A stretch of DNA of 64,000 bases from Alphaproteobacteria bacterium. Lineage in GTDB: Bacteria > Pseudomonadota > Alphaproteobacteria > UBA7887. The notes beneath the pieces are model-generated. The model had not been told where the DNA came from. It saw only the letters and a program-made list of their open reading frames with translations, and ran no database searches. A program made the position numbers and the translations under genes. The stretch lies in assembly GCA_965216755.1 (NCBI GenBank), contig CBDCGL010000011.1, positions 3,136,001 to 3,200,000 on the forward strand, in the 5' to 3' direction. Below, piece after piece: positions 32,505 through 43,136 of the stretch. Each line of letters begins with the position of its first letter. Position 1 is the stretch's first letter.

Positions 32505-34631
32505 TCAACTGGCTTGTTGTTCGTCTTCCGTGGCAACACCGAGGTCGGCACCGGTTTCCTGATCGACAACCTTCATGCTCAAGCGGACTTTGCCGCGATC
32601 GTCAATCCCCAACACCTTAACTTTGACCTTGTCGCCCTCGTTAACGACGTCGGCGACGGTGCGTACCCGCTTGGCGGCCAACTCGCTGATATGGACCAGA
32701 CCGTCACGGGTGCCAATGAAATTCACAAACGCGCCGAAATCGACCACCTTGACCACCGTTCCATCGTAGATCTCGCCGACCTCCGGCTCGGCAACGATGT
32801 CCTTGATCATCGCCACGGCGGCGTCGCTGGCCGTCGACGTGGTGGCCGCGACCTTGACGGTGCCATCGTCTTCGATATCGATCTTGGTGCCGGTCACCTC
32901 GGTGATCTCGCGTATGACCTTGCCGCCAGTGCCGATCACTTCGCGAATTTTGTCGCGTGGTATCGACAAGGTGGTGATGCGCGGCGCGAACTCGTTTAGT
33001 GATTCCCGCGATTGTTCGATCACCTTGGCCATTTCGCCCAGAATGAACATGCGCCCGTCGCGGGCCTGATCCAAGGCGATCTGCATGATTTCCTCGGTGA
33101 TGCCGGTGATCTTGATGTCCATCTGCAGCGACGTGACGCCGGCGGACGTGCCGGCGACTTTGAAATCCATGTCGCCCAGGTGATCTTCGTCGCCCAAGAT
33201 GTCCGACAACACGACGTATTTGTCGCCCTCTTTGATCAAGCCCATGGCAATGCCGGCGACCGGCCGCGCGATGGGTACGCCGGCGTCCATCAGCGACAAC
33301 GAGGTGCCGCACACTGTCGCCATCGATGACGAGCCGTTTGATTCGGTAATCTCCGAGACCACGCGGACCGTATAGGGAAAAGCGTCCTTCTCGGGCATCA
33401 ACGGGTTGACAGCGCGCCAGGCCAATTTTCCATGGCCGATCTCGCGGCGCCCGGGCGAGCGCAGAAAACTGGCCTCGCCAACTGAATAGGGTGGAAAATT
33501 GTAGTGCAGCAAGAAATGCTGTCGGTATTCACCTTCCAACGCGTCGATCACTTGCTCGTCTTGGCCGGTCCCCAAAGTCGTCACCACCAGCGCCTGCGTC
33601 TCGCCCCGCGTAAACACGGCAGAGCCGTGCGACGTCGGCAATACACCGACCTCGATGTCGATCGGCCGCACAGTCTTGGTGTCGCGCCCATCGATGCGTT
33701 GGCCGGACTCAAGCACGGCGCCACGGACAATATCTTTTTCTAAGCTCTTCAGCGCACCACCAAGCACAACCGGATCGCGTTCTTCGCTTTCCGCGGCCGC
33801 GGCGATGTCTTGGCGGATCACATCAAGGCGTTCGACGCGCGTTTGCTTGATCACCTCGCCGTAGGCTTCGCGCAAGGGTGCTTCCGCGCGTTCGGCGACC
33901 CATGCGCGCGCCTCATCGACGCCGTCTCTCTCCGGCACGTCCCAGGGATCCTTAGCGCACTGCTCGGCCAAACTGATCGTCGCGTCGATGACTTTTTGCA
34001 TCTCGCGATGGCCATACATAACCGCGGCCAGCATGACGTCCTCGGGCAGCTCCTTGGCTTCGGATTCGACCATCAGCACCGCGTCGCGGGTACCCGCCAC
34101 AACCAGATCCAAACTGCTCTCCGCCAATTGTGTTGGCGTGGGATTGAGCACAAAAGCGTCGTCGACGCGTGCCACGCGGGCGCCGCCAATTGGGCCCAAA
34201 AACGGGATCCCGGAAATGGTCAGGGCCGCAGAGGCGCCAACCATGGCGACGATATCCGGATCATTCTCCAAATCGTGCGACAAAACCGTGCAAATGACCT
34301 GGGTTTCGTTATAGAAACCGCTGACGAAGAGTGGCCTTAACGGGCGGTCGATGAGACGAGAGGTCAGTGTTTCTTTTTCGTTCGGCCGACCTTCGCGCTT
34401 AAAAAAGCCGCCGGGAATCTTGCCGGCGGCAAACGTCTTTTCTTGATAGTTAACCGTCAACGGGAAAAAATCGATCCCGGATCTCGCCGATTTTTGCGCG
34501 ACCGCAGTACACAGTACGGTTGTCGCGCCATAGGTCGCCATGACCGCCCCGTCGGCCTGGCGCGCAATTTTTCCTGTCTCGAGTATGAGCGGCCGCCCGC
34601 CCCATTCAATCTCTGTCCGAAAGCCCTTCAT
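32505..34631 (-). CDS. pnp: Polyribonucleotide nucleotidyltransferase (PNPase)
   Basis: [38 protein letters not shown] and S1 domains. Confidence 0.98.
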   Translation of the reverse strand: MKGFRTEIEWGGRPLILETGKIARQADGAVMATYGATTVLCTAVAQKSARSGIDFFPLTVNYQEKTFAAGKIPGGFFKREGRPNEKETLTSRLIDRPLRPLFVSGFYNETQVICTVLSHDLENDPDIVAMVGASAALTISGIPFLGPIGGARVARVDDAFVLNPTPTQLAESSLDLVVAGTRDAVLMVESEAKELPEDVMLAAVMYGHREMQKVIDATISLAEQCAKDPWDVPERDGVDEARAWVAERAEAPLREAYGEVIKQTRVERLDVIRQDIAAAAESEERDPVVLGGALKSLEKDIVRGAVLESGQRIDGRDTKTVRPIDIEVGVLPTSHGSAVFTRGETQALVVTTLGTGQDEQVIDALEGEYRQHFLLHYNFPPYSVGEASFLRSPGRREIGHGKLAWRAVNPLMPEKDAFPYTVRVVSEITESNGSSSMATVCGTSLSLMDAGVPIARPVAGIAMGLIKEGDKYVVLSDILGDEDHLGDMDFKVAGTSAGVTSLQMDIKITGITEEIMQIALDQARDGRMFILGEMAKVIEQSRESLNEFAPRITTLSIPRDKIREVIGTGGKVIREITEVTGTKIDIEDDGTVKVAATTSTASDAAVAMIKDIVAEPEVGEIYDGTVVKVVDFGAFVNFIGTRDGLVHISELAAKRVRTVADVVNEGDKVKVKVLGIDDRGKVRLSMKVVDQETGADLGVATEDEQQAS

Positions 34632-34701
34632 TTTGCCACCAATTCATGTTGTCGCGGCCGCCGTTCAGCCGCCCCGGCGCGGTACGTCGCGCCAACCATT
34701 C

Positions 34702-34780
34702 GATCGCGCGGTCGACCCAAAGACAATGACGGCGCGCGCCCCAAAAAGGCACGACCCGCTGGGTCGACGGCGTAGCGATC
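34702..34780 (-). other. Long stem-loop in the pnp leader (putative RNase III processing hairpin)
   Basis: GTCGACCCA/TGGGTCGAC and GATCGC/GCGATC arms between rpsO and pnp. Confidence 0.45.
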
Positions 34781-34870
34781 ATTCATGTTTCCATCCCAAC
34801 TGCACGCACGCGATATCTGTCGATCGACCGCCCGTGCGCGCCCCTGCCGTGCGCGGTTTGCCACAATCCG

Positions 34871-35140
34871 TCAGCGGCGCAAACCCAGCCGTTCGATCAG
34901 GCTGCGGTAACGGCCGCCATCTTTGCTTTTTAAGTAGTCAAGCAACCGTCGCCGCTGGCTCACCAACATTAACAGACCGCGCCGCGAATGCTTGTCCTTG
35001 GCGTGGGTCTTGAAATGCTCGGTTAGGTTCGCAATTCGCTCGGTCAGAATGGCAACTTGAACCTCCGGCGATCCGGTGTCGCCGGCACGCGTCGCATATT
35101 CGTTGATCAACTTGTGCTTACGCTCTGCGGTGATCGACAT
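34871..35140 (-). CDS. rpsO: 30S ribosomal protein S15
   Basis: [24 protein letters not shown]. Confidence 0.98.
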   Translation of the reverse strand: MSITAERKHKLINEYATRAGDTGSPEVQVAILTERIANLTEHFKTHAKDKHSRRGLLMLVSQRRRLLDYLKSKDGGRYRSLIERLGLRR

Positions 35141-35187
35141 CTCGAATATTTATCTCCTCACCCACCATCTCAGGCTGCGCGCACAGC

Positions 35188-36177
35188 CTATAAATTGAAC
35201 ACCCGTGTCGGCTGAATTTGGCCGTCAGCGAAATGCACCAACGCCACTGGGCGCTGGGCGAACATGGCGCACGCGATCGCTGGGGCAACGATGCGCTCAC
35301 CCGTCGCGTCGACTGGCGCCCGTACCAAAGGCACCGCTTGTCCACGCCGCAAGCGCGATACTTGATTTCCAGTGACGGGCAGAACCGGCACACCGGCCAA
35401 GCCAAATTCGATCGGCAATAGGCAGCGCGCAAGCGCGGCACTATCGGCCAGGTCGGCCAAATCGGCAAGCGAAATCGCGTGATCCAAAGTGAATGGCCCA
35501 ACGCGCGTGCGGCGTAGCGCACTGACATGGCCGGCCGTGCCCAACGCCTGCGCCAGATCGCGCGCCAACGCCCGTACATAGCCGCCCTTGCCGCACGTCA
35601 TTTCAAGTACCGCATGGTCGCGGTCGGGCGCCGAGATCAGTGTCAGGCTCTCAATCAGCACTGGCCGCGGCGCCAAACGCACTGCCTGATCGCGCCGCGC
35701 CAAATCATAGGCGCGGCGGCCGGCGACCTTGACCGCCGAATAAGTTGGCGGCACTTGCATGATCGTGCCGCAAAACGCCGGCAAGGCTGCTTCGATGTCA
35801 GCGGGGCTGGGGCGGTTGAGGGATCGGGCAATGGTCGCGCCGTCGGCATCGTCGGTGTCGCGTTGTTCGCCCCAGCACACTGTAAATCGGTAGCATTTCG
35901 TGCTGTCGACGACGAAGGTCATGGTCTTGGTCGCCTCGCCCAGGGCCAGCGGCAAGACGCCGGTCGCCAACGGATCCAACGTGCCGCCGTGGCCGACCTT
36001 GGTCGCCCGCGCGCGTCGCCGCACCCGACTGACCACATGGGTTGAGGTCATGCCGACGTCTTTGTCGACCACCAGCCAGCCGTTGAACGGTGGTGTCGCG
36101 CCCGACCGCTTGCTGCGTTGCGCCGTCGGCGCGGCGCCCGCGCCCGCGCCCACAGCCGTGTCGGTGTTAGCGCCCAT
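35188..36177 (-). CDS. truB: tRNA pseudouridine(55) synthase
   Basis: KVGHGGTLDPLATGVL, QVPP.YSAVKV, CGKGGYVRALARD. Confidence 0.96.
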   Translation of the reverse strand: MGANTDTAVGAGAGAAPTAQRSKRSGATPPFNGWLVVDKDVGMTSTHVVSRVRRRARATKVGHGGTLDPLATGVLPLALGEATKTMTFVVDSTKCYRFTVCWGEQRDTDDADGATIARSLNRPSPADIEAALPAFCGTIMQVPPTYSAVKVAGRRAYDLARRDQAVRLAPRPVLIESLTLISAPDRDHAVLEMTCGKGGYVRALARDLAQALGTAGHVSALRRTRVGPFTLDHAISLADLADLADSAALARCLLPIEFGLAGVPVLPVTGNQVSRLRRGQAVPLVRAPVDATGERIVAPAIACAMFAQRPVALVHFADGQIQPTRVFNL

Positions 36178-36613
36178 CGTGCGACTCGCTTTCTAGATGC
36201 GGTTGATCTTGATCGCCATCGACCGCGCTCGATCGGCGCGCGCGCCGCAGCAGAGCCTCGACATGATCCGCGTGATCGAATGACTCGTCTAAAGCGAATG
36301 ACAGGCGCGGTGTGAACTTGGTGCGCACCGACGGCGCGACGCTGCCGGCCAAGAATGGCGCCGCCCGTGCCAAGCCATCCAGCACCGACTCCGTATTCTT
36401 GCCACCAAGGGGCATGACAAAGACGGTCGCTTGGCGCATGTCGGGGCTCAGCCGAACCTCGGTCACCGTGATCGACACGCCAGCCAAGGCCGGATCGCGG
36501 ATATTCCCGCGCGCCAGCACATCCGACAATGCGTGCCGGATCGCCTCGCCAGCTTGCAACTGACGTTGACTTGGCTGGGTCCGCGGCCGGTTGCGGTCCG
36601 CATGTCTGGCCAT
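36167..36613 (-). CDS. rbfA: Ribosome-binding factor A
   Basis: SQRQL..GE.IRHAL, VTEVRLSPD, KFTPRL.F..DESFD. Confidence 0.95.
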   Translation of the reverse strand: MARHADRNRPRTQPSQRQLQAGEAIRHALSDVLARGNIRDPALAGVSITVTEVRLSPDMRQATVFVMPLGGKNTESVLDGLARAAPFLAGSVAPSVRTKFTPRLSFALDESFDHADHVEALLRRARRSSAVDGDQDQPHLESESHDGR

Positions 36614-36626
36614 CCTGATCGGTGCC

Positions 36627-39254
36627 TTATCCGCCGATCGTGCGGGCGACTTCCTCGACCTCGTAGATTTCGATCGTATCGCCTTCCTTGATGTCCTGAT
36701 AATTCTCGAATGCCATACCGCATTCCATGCCCGCTCTGACCTCGCGGGCATCATCTTTATGCCGTTTCAAGGCGGCGATACTGCCATCGTGAATCACGAC
36801 GTCGTCGCGCAGCAAGCGCGCGCGCACGCCGCGCCGGGCGACGCCCTCGGTCACCTCGCAGCCAGCGATCTTGCCCACCTTGGAAATGGCAAAGACCTGC
36901 TTGACCCGCGCGTAGCCAAGCGTGGTTTCCCGCAAGGCCGGCGCCAACATGCCGGACAACAGCCCGTGCAGATCTTCGAGCAGCTCATAGATGATCGTGT
37001 AATAGCGGATATCGACACCATCGCGTCGGGCCGCTTGGCGGGCCGGATTGTCGGCGCGAACGTTGAAGCCGATCACCATCGCCCGAGACGCGTTGGCCAG
37101 GGCAATATCGGACTCGTTGATCCCGCCGACCCCTGACAACAGCACCCGCGTGGTGACCTCATCAGACTTGAGCTTGTCGATATTCGACAAGATCGCTTCC
37201 AGCGAGCCATGCACGTCGGCCTTGATCACCAAAGGCAATTCTTGGGCTTCGCCTTCTGAGATCTTGGTGAACAATTGCTCGACCGTGCCGCGCGCCGATG
37301 CCACCGCCTGCTGATCACGCAAACGCTTCTTGCGATATTCAGTGACTTCGCGCGCCCGACTTTCGTCTTCGACGACGACAACGTCGTCGCCAGCGACTGG
37401 CGTATCGTTCAAACCCAACACTTCGACCGGTTGCGATGGCGTGGCTTCAGTAACATTGCGGCCACGATCATCGACCACGGCGCGCACCCGCCCCCACTCG
37501 CTGCCGGCAACAACAATATCCCCGATACGGAGCGTGCCGCGTTGCACGAGAATTGTCGTGACCACGCCGCGACCCCGATCCCGTTTGGATTCGATCACCG
37601 CGCCGTGCGCCAGCCGCTCCGGGTTGGCTTTCAATTCCAGCACTTCGGCTTGCAGCAGGATCGCTTCTTCAAGTTTGTCGAGATTGGTTTTCTCTTTCGC
37701 CGACACCTGCACTTCCAAAACGTCGCCACCCATGCTCTCCACAACGACATTATGTTGCAACAGCTCGTTGCGCACCCGATCGGGGTTGGCGTCAGGACGG
37801 TCGATCTTGTTGATGGCGATGATCATCGGCGCCTCAGCCGCCTGCGCATGCTTGATTGCCTCGACCGTTTGCGGCATCACGCCGTCGTCGGCCGCGACAA
37901 CCAAAATCACGATATCGGTGGTCTTGGCCCCGCGTGAGCGCATTTGCGTGAAGGCTTCGTGGCCCGGCGTGTCAAGAAACGTGATTTGCGCCCCTGACGG
38001 CATCGTCACTTGATAGGCACCGATATGTTGGGTGATCCCGCCCGCCTCGCCACCGGCAACATCGCTGGCGCGCAATGCGTCAAGCAGCGAGGTTTTGCCG
38101 TGATCAACATGACCCATGACGGTCACGACCGGCGGTCGCGCCACCAGAGTTTCCGGGGTGTCGCTTTCGCCACCAAGACCAATTTCGACATCCGATTCGC
38201 TGACCCGTTTCGCCTTGTGGCCAAACTCGGCGACCACCAGTTCCGCGGTATCGGTGTCGAGTACTTGGTTGATGGTCGCCATCACACCTAATTTCATCAG
38301 CACCTTTACCACCTCGGCGCCGCGAATGGCCATCCGGCTTCCCAGCTCTTGCACGGTAATGGCCTCGGGCAGGACGACCTCGCGCACGACTTTCTTGGAG
38401 TCCGCCGCGGCGCCCTTCGCCGCCCTTTTTTCCCGCGCCCGCGCACGACGGACTGAGGCCAGGCTGCGCTGACGCTCTTCGTCGCTGAGCGCCTGAACCA
38501 CCGTCATCTTGCCGCTGCGACGTCGCTGCGGCTCGCCACGGCGGCCAATCGATAGGCGTCGCGCCTCGCCTTTTTTCCATGGCTTGGCCCCTGGCACCGA
38601 CGGCGCTTGCGCACCGCCGTCTTCGGCGCGGCGTTTGGCCGCCGGGCGGGCCCGCTCGCGGTCTGCCGCCGCTGGGGTGGAATCTGATGCCGGCGCGGCC
38701 GCCGGTTTCGGACGGCGTGCTTTGGTCTCGGGTTGTTTCGTCACCGCTTCTTTGGCTTTTGCCGCCGCCTCGGCTTCGGCGGCGGCTTTGCGCCGGGCTT
38801 CTTCCTCTTCTGCCAGACGCTTTTCTTCCGCAAGCCGCGCCGCACGTTCTGCGGCCTCTGCCCGCCGCCTTTCTTCTTCGGCTTCGCGCAGCTTGCGTTC
38901 CTCGATCTCGGCCAGACGCGCGCCTTCCAACGCCCGCGCCCGTGCCGCTCGTTCCGTTTCGGTGAGTGCTTTGATCGTGGCGCCGGTACGTTTTGCCGCG
39001 GCCTCTTCAACCACCTCCGCGGTTGCCGCCTCCATCGCCATTTCCGGCTTGGGATCCGTGACCTCGGTCATGCGGCCAGACGATGCGCGCTTGAACGTTC
39101 GCTTTTTCTTGACCTCAACTTGGACCGTCTTGCTGCGGCCATGCGAGAAATTCTGCCGCACTTGGCCGCTTTCGACCGTCTTACGCAGTTCCAGGCGACC
39201 GGGCCGGGACAGGCCCAGGACCTTTTTCTCGTTTTGGGGCTTTTCCTCGCTCAT
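36627..39254 (-). CDS. infB: Translation initiation factor IF-2
   Basis: [24 protein letters not shown]. Confidence 0.98.
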   Translation of the reverse strand: MSEEKPQNEKKVLGLSRPGRLELRKTVESGQVRQNFSHGRSKTVQVEVKKKRTFKRASSGRMTEVTDPKPEMAMEAATAEVVEEAAAKRTGATIKALTETERAARARALEGARLAEIEERKLREAEEERRRAEAAERAARLAEEKRLAEEEEARRKAAAEAEAAAKAKEAVTKQPETKARRPKPAAAPASDSTPAAADRERARPAAKRRAEDGGAQAPSVPGAKPWKKGEARRLSIGRRGEPQRRRSGKMTVVQALSDEERQRSLASVRRARAREKRAAKGAAADSKKVVREVVLPEAITVQELGSRMAIRGAEVVKVLMKLGVMATINQVLDTDTAELVVAEFGHKAKRVSESDVEIGLGGESDTPETLVARPPVVTVMGHVDHGKTSLLDALRASDVAGGEAGGITQHIGAYQVTMPSGAQITFLDTPGHEAFTQMRSRGAKTTDIVILVVAADDGVMPQTVEAIKHAQAAEAPMIIAINKIDRPDANPDRVRNELLQHNVVVESMGGDVLEVQVSAKEKTNLDKLEEAILLQAEVLELKANPERLAHGAVIESKRDRGRGVVTTILVQRGTLRIGDIVVAGSEWGRVRAVVDDRGRNVTEATPSQPVEVLGLNDTPVAGDDVVVVEDESRAREVTEYRKKRLRDQQAVASARGTVEQLFTKISEGEAQELPLVIKADVHGSLEAILSNIDKLKSDEVTTRVLLSGVGGINESDIALANASRAMVIGFNVRADNPARQAARRDGVDIRYYTIIYELLEDLHGLLSGMLAPALRETTLGYARVKQVFAISKVGKIAGCEVTEGVARRGVRARLLRDDVVIHDGSIAALKRHKDDAREVRAGMECGMAFENYQDIKEGDTIEIYEVEEVARTIGG

Positions 39255-39271
39255 GGCCCAATATCCCTTAC

Positions 39272-39934
39272 CTATGCCGCGGCGCGCGGCTGATCCGTGG
39301 TGCCATCACCACAGCAACCCTTAAGCCGCACCACGTCCGCAATGAAGCGCCGACAGAGCGCGCCGGCACGATAACCGACATAGACCACATTGTGACGCCC
39401 CAAAGCCGCGCCGAGTTCGGCGCTGTCAAACATTGTCACGACATCTGCGATCGCGTCGTGCCGCATCGCCTTGACCAGTTTCGCACGTCCGTCGGCGCCA
39501 CTGTCATGCGCAATGATCACGGCACCGGCCTTGCTGGCCGCAACCATATCGGAGACCGCGCCAAATCCGGCAACAATTTCGCCGCCACGCCGACCAAGAC
39601 CAAGCAGATCCAAACAACGCCGCCGCAACAGCGCCGCGACCTGATCCGACAAATCATCAGCAACCACAAGGCCAGCCCCGTCGCCGCCCGCCCGCGCCTG
39701 TGCGTGGGCGAACACGTGGCCGGCGACAGCGCGATCGATATCGCGCCGCGTCGCCCGTATCCAAAACCCACGACCTGGCAAAGTCTCGGCGACATCCGGG
39801 ACGATTCGGTCGTCTGGCGCGCGGACAAAGCGCACCATTTGCCGCCGCGCCATTACGGCACGCGACACAAGACATCGCCGGCCGTCTGGCCGCAAGTCGT
39901 CGGTCGTGCGTTTGTTGCCAGCGAATCTTGTCAC
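39272..39934 (-). CDS. YlxR/DUF448 RNA-binding protein fused to an L7Ae-like domain
   Basis: RRCLVSR, RFV.APD, LPGRG.W; position between nusA and infB. Confidence 0.85.
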   Translation of the reverse strand: MTRFAGNKRTTDDLRPDGRRCLVSRAVMARRQMVRFVRAPDDRIVPDVAETLPGRGFWIRATRRDIDRAVAGHVFAHAQARAGGDGAGLVVADDLSDQVAALLRRRCLDLLGLGRRGGEIVAGFGAVSDMVAASKAGAVIIAHDSGADGRAKLVKAMRHDAIADVVTMFDSAELGAALGRHNVVYVGYRAGALCRRFIADVVRLKGCCGDGTTDQPRAAA

Positions 39935-41517
39935 GTCGTTTCCGCGCTACCGACTGCGTCACTGGCCACATTTGCCGCCGGTGCCCCGTTGCCAGCCGCG
40001 GCGGCGTCGTCAGCAAACCAATGTGCCCGCGCCGCCATAATAATTTCGCCAAGATCGTCCACCGACAATTTCTCGTTCGACAAAATCTCCTGCAACTCGT
40101 CGACTGCGAGGTCGGCGAGGTCATCCAAGGTCTTGACCGACGCTTCGCCAAGCGCCACCTGCATCGCCGGACTCAGTTGGGTAATCGCTGCAATTTCGTC
40201 GGACACGCCCAGCGCCCGCCGCTTGTCGGAAAATTGCGAATCGCGTTCGACCAGATATTGGCGCCCGCGGGTTCTGAGTTCGTCGGCCAATGTTTCATCG
40301 AAGCCCTCGATTTCCGCCAATTCAGCAACCGGCACAAACGCGACTGTTTCAACCGAAGTGAATCCCTCGGTCACCAGCAGATGCGCGATCACGTCGTCGA
40401 CATTCAGCGCGTCCATGAACATGGCCGATGCCGCGCGCAGCTCCTCAACACGCCGTTCCGATTCTTGCCCTTCGGTCATGATATCGATGTCCCAGCCGGT
40501 CAGCTGAGAGGCCAGGCGCACGTTCTGTCCGCGCCGGCCGATCGCCAAACTGAGCTGATCATCGGGGACCACAACCTCAATGCGATTCTGTTCTTCGTCC
40601 AAAACCACTTTGGTGACTTCGGCCGGCGCCAAGGCATTGACAATGAATGTTGCCGGATCCGGGTTCCATTGAATGATGTCGATCTTCTCGCCCTGCAGCT
40701 CGTTGACCACCGCCTGCACACGGCTGCCGCGCATGCCGACACAAGCGCCGACCGGATCTATGCTGGAATCATTGGACAAGACGGCAATTTTTGCGCGGCT
40801 ACCCGGATCGCGCGCCACCGACTTGATCTCGATAATGCCATCGTAAATCTCGGGCACTTCCTGGCTGAACAGGCGGCTCATAAAGTCGGGTCGGGTACGC
40901 GACAGAAATATCTGCGGCCCGCGCGATTCCTCGCGCACGTCATAGATCAAGGCGCGCACCCGCTCGCCATTGCGAAAACTCTCGCGTGGCAAAATTTCGT
41001 CGCGGCGCAACATCGCTTCGGCGCGCCCCAGGTCAACCACGACATTGCCATATTCAATGCGTTTGACGAGCCCATTGACGATTTCGCCAACGCGATCCCG
41101 ATATTCATCATATTGACGCGAACGTTCGGCCTCGCGCACTTTTTGAACGATGACCTGCTTCGCCGCCTGTGCGGCGACCCGACCAAGGTCGATCGGCGGC
41201 AAGGGTTCCACCAACTGGTCGCCGAGTTTCAAATCGGCGTCGATTTCCTGGGCATCGACCAGCAAGATCTGGATCGCGTCGTCTTCAAGTTCATCGACCA
41301 CGTCGCGCACGCGCGACAATCGTATCTCGCCAGTCCTGCGATCAATCTCGGCACGAATTTCCAGCTCTTGGCCGTACTTTCGACGACCGGCGGTCTGGAT
41401 CGCCTGTTCCATTGCCTCGATGACAATTTCACGGTCGATCGTTTTGTCTCGGGCGACAGCATCGGCCACTTGCAAAAGCTCGGGCCGCATCAGTCCTTGG
41501 CCGATATCGCTTGGCAT
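39931..41517 (-). CDS. nusA: Transcription termination/antitermination factor NusA
   Basis: AAQAAKQVI.QKVREAER, ARDPGSRAK, GACVGMRGSR, AIGRRGQNVRLA. Confidence 0.98.
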   Translation of the reverse strand: MPSDIGQGLMRPELLQVADAVARDKTIDREIVIEAMEQAIQTAGRRKYGQELEIRAEIDRRTGEIRLSRVRDVVDELEDDAIQILLVDAQEIDADLKLGDQLVEPLPPIDLGRVAAQAAKQVIVQKVREAERSRQYDEYRDRVGEIVNGLVKRIEYGNVVVDLGRAEAMLRRDEILPRESFRNGERVRALIYDVREESRGPQIFLSRTRPDFMSRLFSQEVPEIYDGIIEIKSVARDPGSRAKIAVLSNDSSIDPVGACVGMRGSRVQAVVNELQGEKIDIIQWNPDPATFIVNALAPAEVTKVVLDEEQNRIEVVVPDDQLSLAIGRRGQNVRLASQLTGWDIDIMTEGQESERRVEELRAASAMFMDALNVDDVIAHLLVTEGFTSVETVAFVPVAELAEIEGFDETLADELRTRGRQYLVERDSQFSDKRRALGVSDEIAAITQLSPAMQVALGEASVKTLDDLADLAVDELQEILSNEKLSVDDLGEIIMAARAHWFADDAAAAGNGAPAANVASDAVGSAETT

Positions 41518-41533
41518 CTTGCGTCGTTTGCCC

Positions 41534-42025
41534 CTAATTCCTGCGCTGCGTTGCCGCAATCAACTCGTCGGATAGCACCAGTTTGGCGTCGGCGATGGAG
41601 CCGAGAGGAATGTGCATGACACCGGCCGGTGGACCGATGTCAATTTGAACACTCTCGTCGCCAACCCCCGCCAGGCGGCCGCGAAATCGCTTACGCCCGT
41701 CGAACATTTGCGTCGTCTGAAGCTTGGCCTCGAAACCAATAAATCGCACGAAATCGGCCAGCTTGACCAACGGCCGATCAATGCCCGGCGAGCTCACCTC
41801 AAGATCGTATGCGCCCCGGACCAAATCTTCCACATCCAGCAGGGGCGACACCGCATTGCTGATCGCTGCACAATCGTCGACGGTCATGGGAGTCGCGTCA
41901 TGCCGTTCCGCCATGACCTGCAGCGTGCGCCGCTGCTCTCCCGAGAACCGCACCCGGACCAGTTCGTATCCCATAGCCCGAAGAGTCGGTTCGACCAGGC
42001 GTTCAATCGCCCGTACCGTTTCCAA
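41534..42025 (-). CDS. rimP: Ribosome maturation factor RimP
   Basis: GYELVRV, LQVMAER, LEVSSPGIDRPL, GRKRFRG; TTG start after GGAGGAG. Confidence 0.94.
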   Translation of the reverse strand: METVRAIERLVEPTLRAMGYELVRVRFSGEQRRTLQVMAERHDATPMTVDDCAAISNAVSPLLDVEDLVRGAYDLEVSSPGIDRPLVKLADFVRFIGFEAKLQTTQMFDGRKRFRGRLAGVGDESVQIDIGPPAGVMHIPLGSIADAKLVLSDELIAATQRRN

Positions 42026-42068
42026 CGCGTCCGAGGCTCCTCCCAAATATCGTGGAAATCCAGACTTC

Positions 42069-42096
42069 AAAACAAAAAAGTGGGCCGCTGGCCCAC
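42069..42096 (-). terminator. rimP leader terminator/attenuator hairpin
   Basis: GTGGGCC-AGC-GGCCCAC followed by TTTTTTGTTTT, upstream of rimP-nusA. Confidence 0.75.
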
Positions 42097-42148
42097 CGAC
42101 GGTCGCAATTGGCCTCTACGACCAGGCCGATACTTTTCTTGCGTCTTC

Positions 42149-42176
42149 TATATAACGAATGGCCCCTGCGCTTCAA
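42149..42176 (-). promoter_or_regulatory. Sigma70-like promoter of the rimP-nusA-infB operon
   Basis: TTGAAG-N16-TATATA upstream of the leader hairpin. Confidence 0.5.
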
Positions 42177-42211
42177 GGGTCAGTCGATCGCCCGTCGCGC
42201 TCAGCCCACAT

Positions 42212-42958
42212 TCAATCGCCGCGTCGAAGGAAACTGAGATAGAGACACGGTCGTTGTACCGCGCGCGCCTTTTTTTCGTAGCGTGTTTCGGGCCAATCGG
42301 GTGTCCGCGCGCACCAATCTTGCGGCCCGCGCGCGGTCCACTGAAACGCCGAATGGCGCGACAAATGCGCCAGGATCCAGCGCAAGTAGGCCTGATGATC
42401 CGTGGCCACACGAAGCATGGCCCCCGGCTTCATGACACGCCCTAGCGAATCCAAAAAACCGACATTGAACAGCCGCCGCTTATGGTGTCGACGTTTCGGC
42501 CACGGATCCGGAAACAAGACAAAGACGCGATCGAGGCAGCGGCGCGGCAGATGATCGATCAGGGGCCGGGCGTCGTCGGGAAATAACCGGATATTTGTCA
42601 GCTGTTGGTCGTGAATCTGACTCAGCACGCGCGCCACGCCATTGATAAACGGCTCGCACCCGATCATGCCGACATGGGGATGCGCCCGCGCTTGCCAAAT
42701 CAAATGTTCGCCGGCGCCAAAACCAATCTCCAGCCAAGTCTGTTGGAGCGGCGGGGTGAACAACCGATCGACGGCGATGGACGGCGCCGTGCAAGCCGCC
42801 GGCAAGTGAATCGTCAAATCCGGCAGCATTGTTTCCAGCAAATGCCGCCGCTTGGCGCGCAGCTTGGGTCCGTGGCGGCGCCCATGGATGACATGCCGGC
42901 CAAGCGCCGACGCTTTGGCCGTTTGACCGGCCGGCGGGGCTAGAGCAGTGTCCGACAA
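42212..42958 (-). CDS. trmB: tRNA (guanine-N7)-methyltransferase TrmB (start uncertain, inside the MITE)
   Basis: LEIGFGAGEHL, GCEPFING, FPDPWPK.RH.KRR, ATD, TRYEKKA; in-frame starts TTG 42958 or ATG 43027. Confidence 0.93.
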   Translation of the reverse strand: MSDTALAPPAGQTAKASALGRHVIHGRRHGPKLRAKRRHLLETMLPDLTIHLPAACTAPSIAVDRLFTPPLQQTWLEIGFGAGEHLIWQARAHPHVGMIGCEPFINGVARVLSQIHDQQLTNIRLFPDDARPLIDHLPRRCLDRVFVLFPDPWPKRRHHKRRLFNVGFLDSLGRVMKPGAMLRVATDHQAYLRWILAHLSRHSAFQWTARGPQDWCARTPDWPETRYEKKARAVQRPCLYLSFLRRGD

Positions 42959-43136
42959 TATGGAACCATTCTGCCGGCGCGCATTTTCGCCAAGATCAAG
43001 TCGCTGTCTGCAGGGTGTATCGGGCATACGGCCAAGGACAGAGACGCCGAGACTGGCGGAAAGGCGCCCGGCCCTGCGGGTTCGCGACCGGCGGGCACGA
43101 ACAGAATTAATTCAACATTGTCGGACACGGCACTAG
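42940..43136. mobile_element. 197-bp MITE-like non-autonomous element with 20-bp terminal inverted repeats
   Basis: CTAGAGCAGTGTCCGACAAT ... ATTGTCGGACACGGCACTAG (18/20 IR); CTAG at both ends; palindromic interior; no transposase. Confidence 0.75.

Noticed and set aside
38560-39060. Low-complexity E/A/R-rich repeats in infB
   Set aside because: Normal IF-2 N-terminal linker
39700-41619. 639-aa plus-strand ORF
   Set aside because: Antisense shadow of nusA caused by GC-rich codon bias; no recognisable motifs
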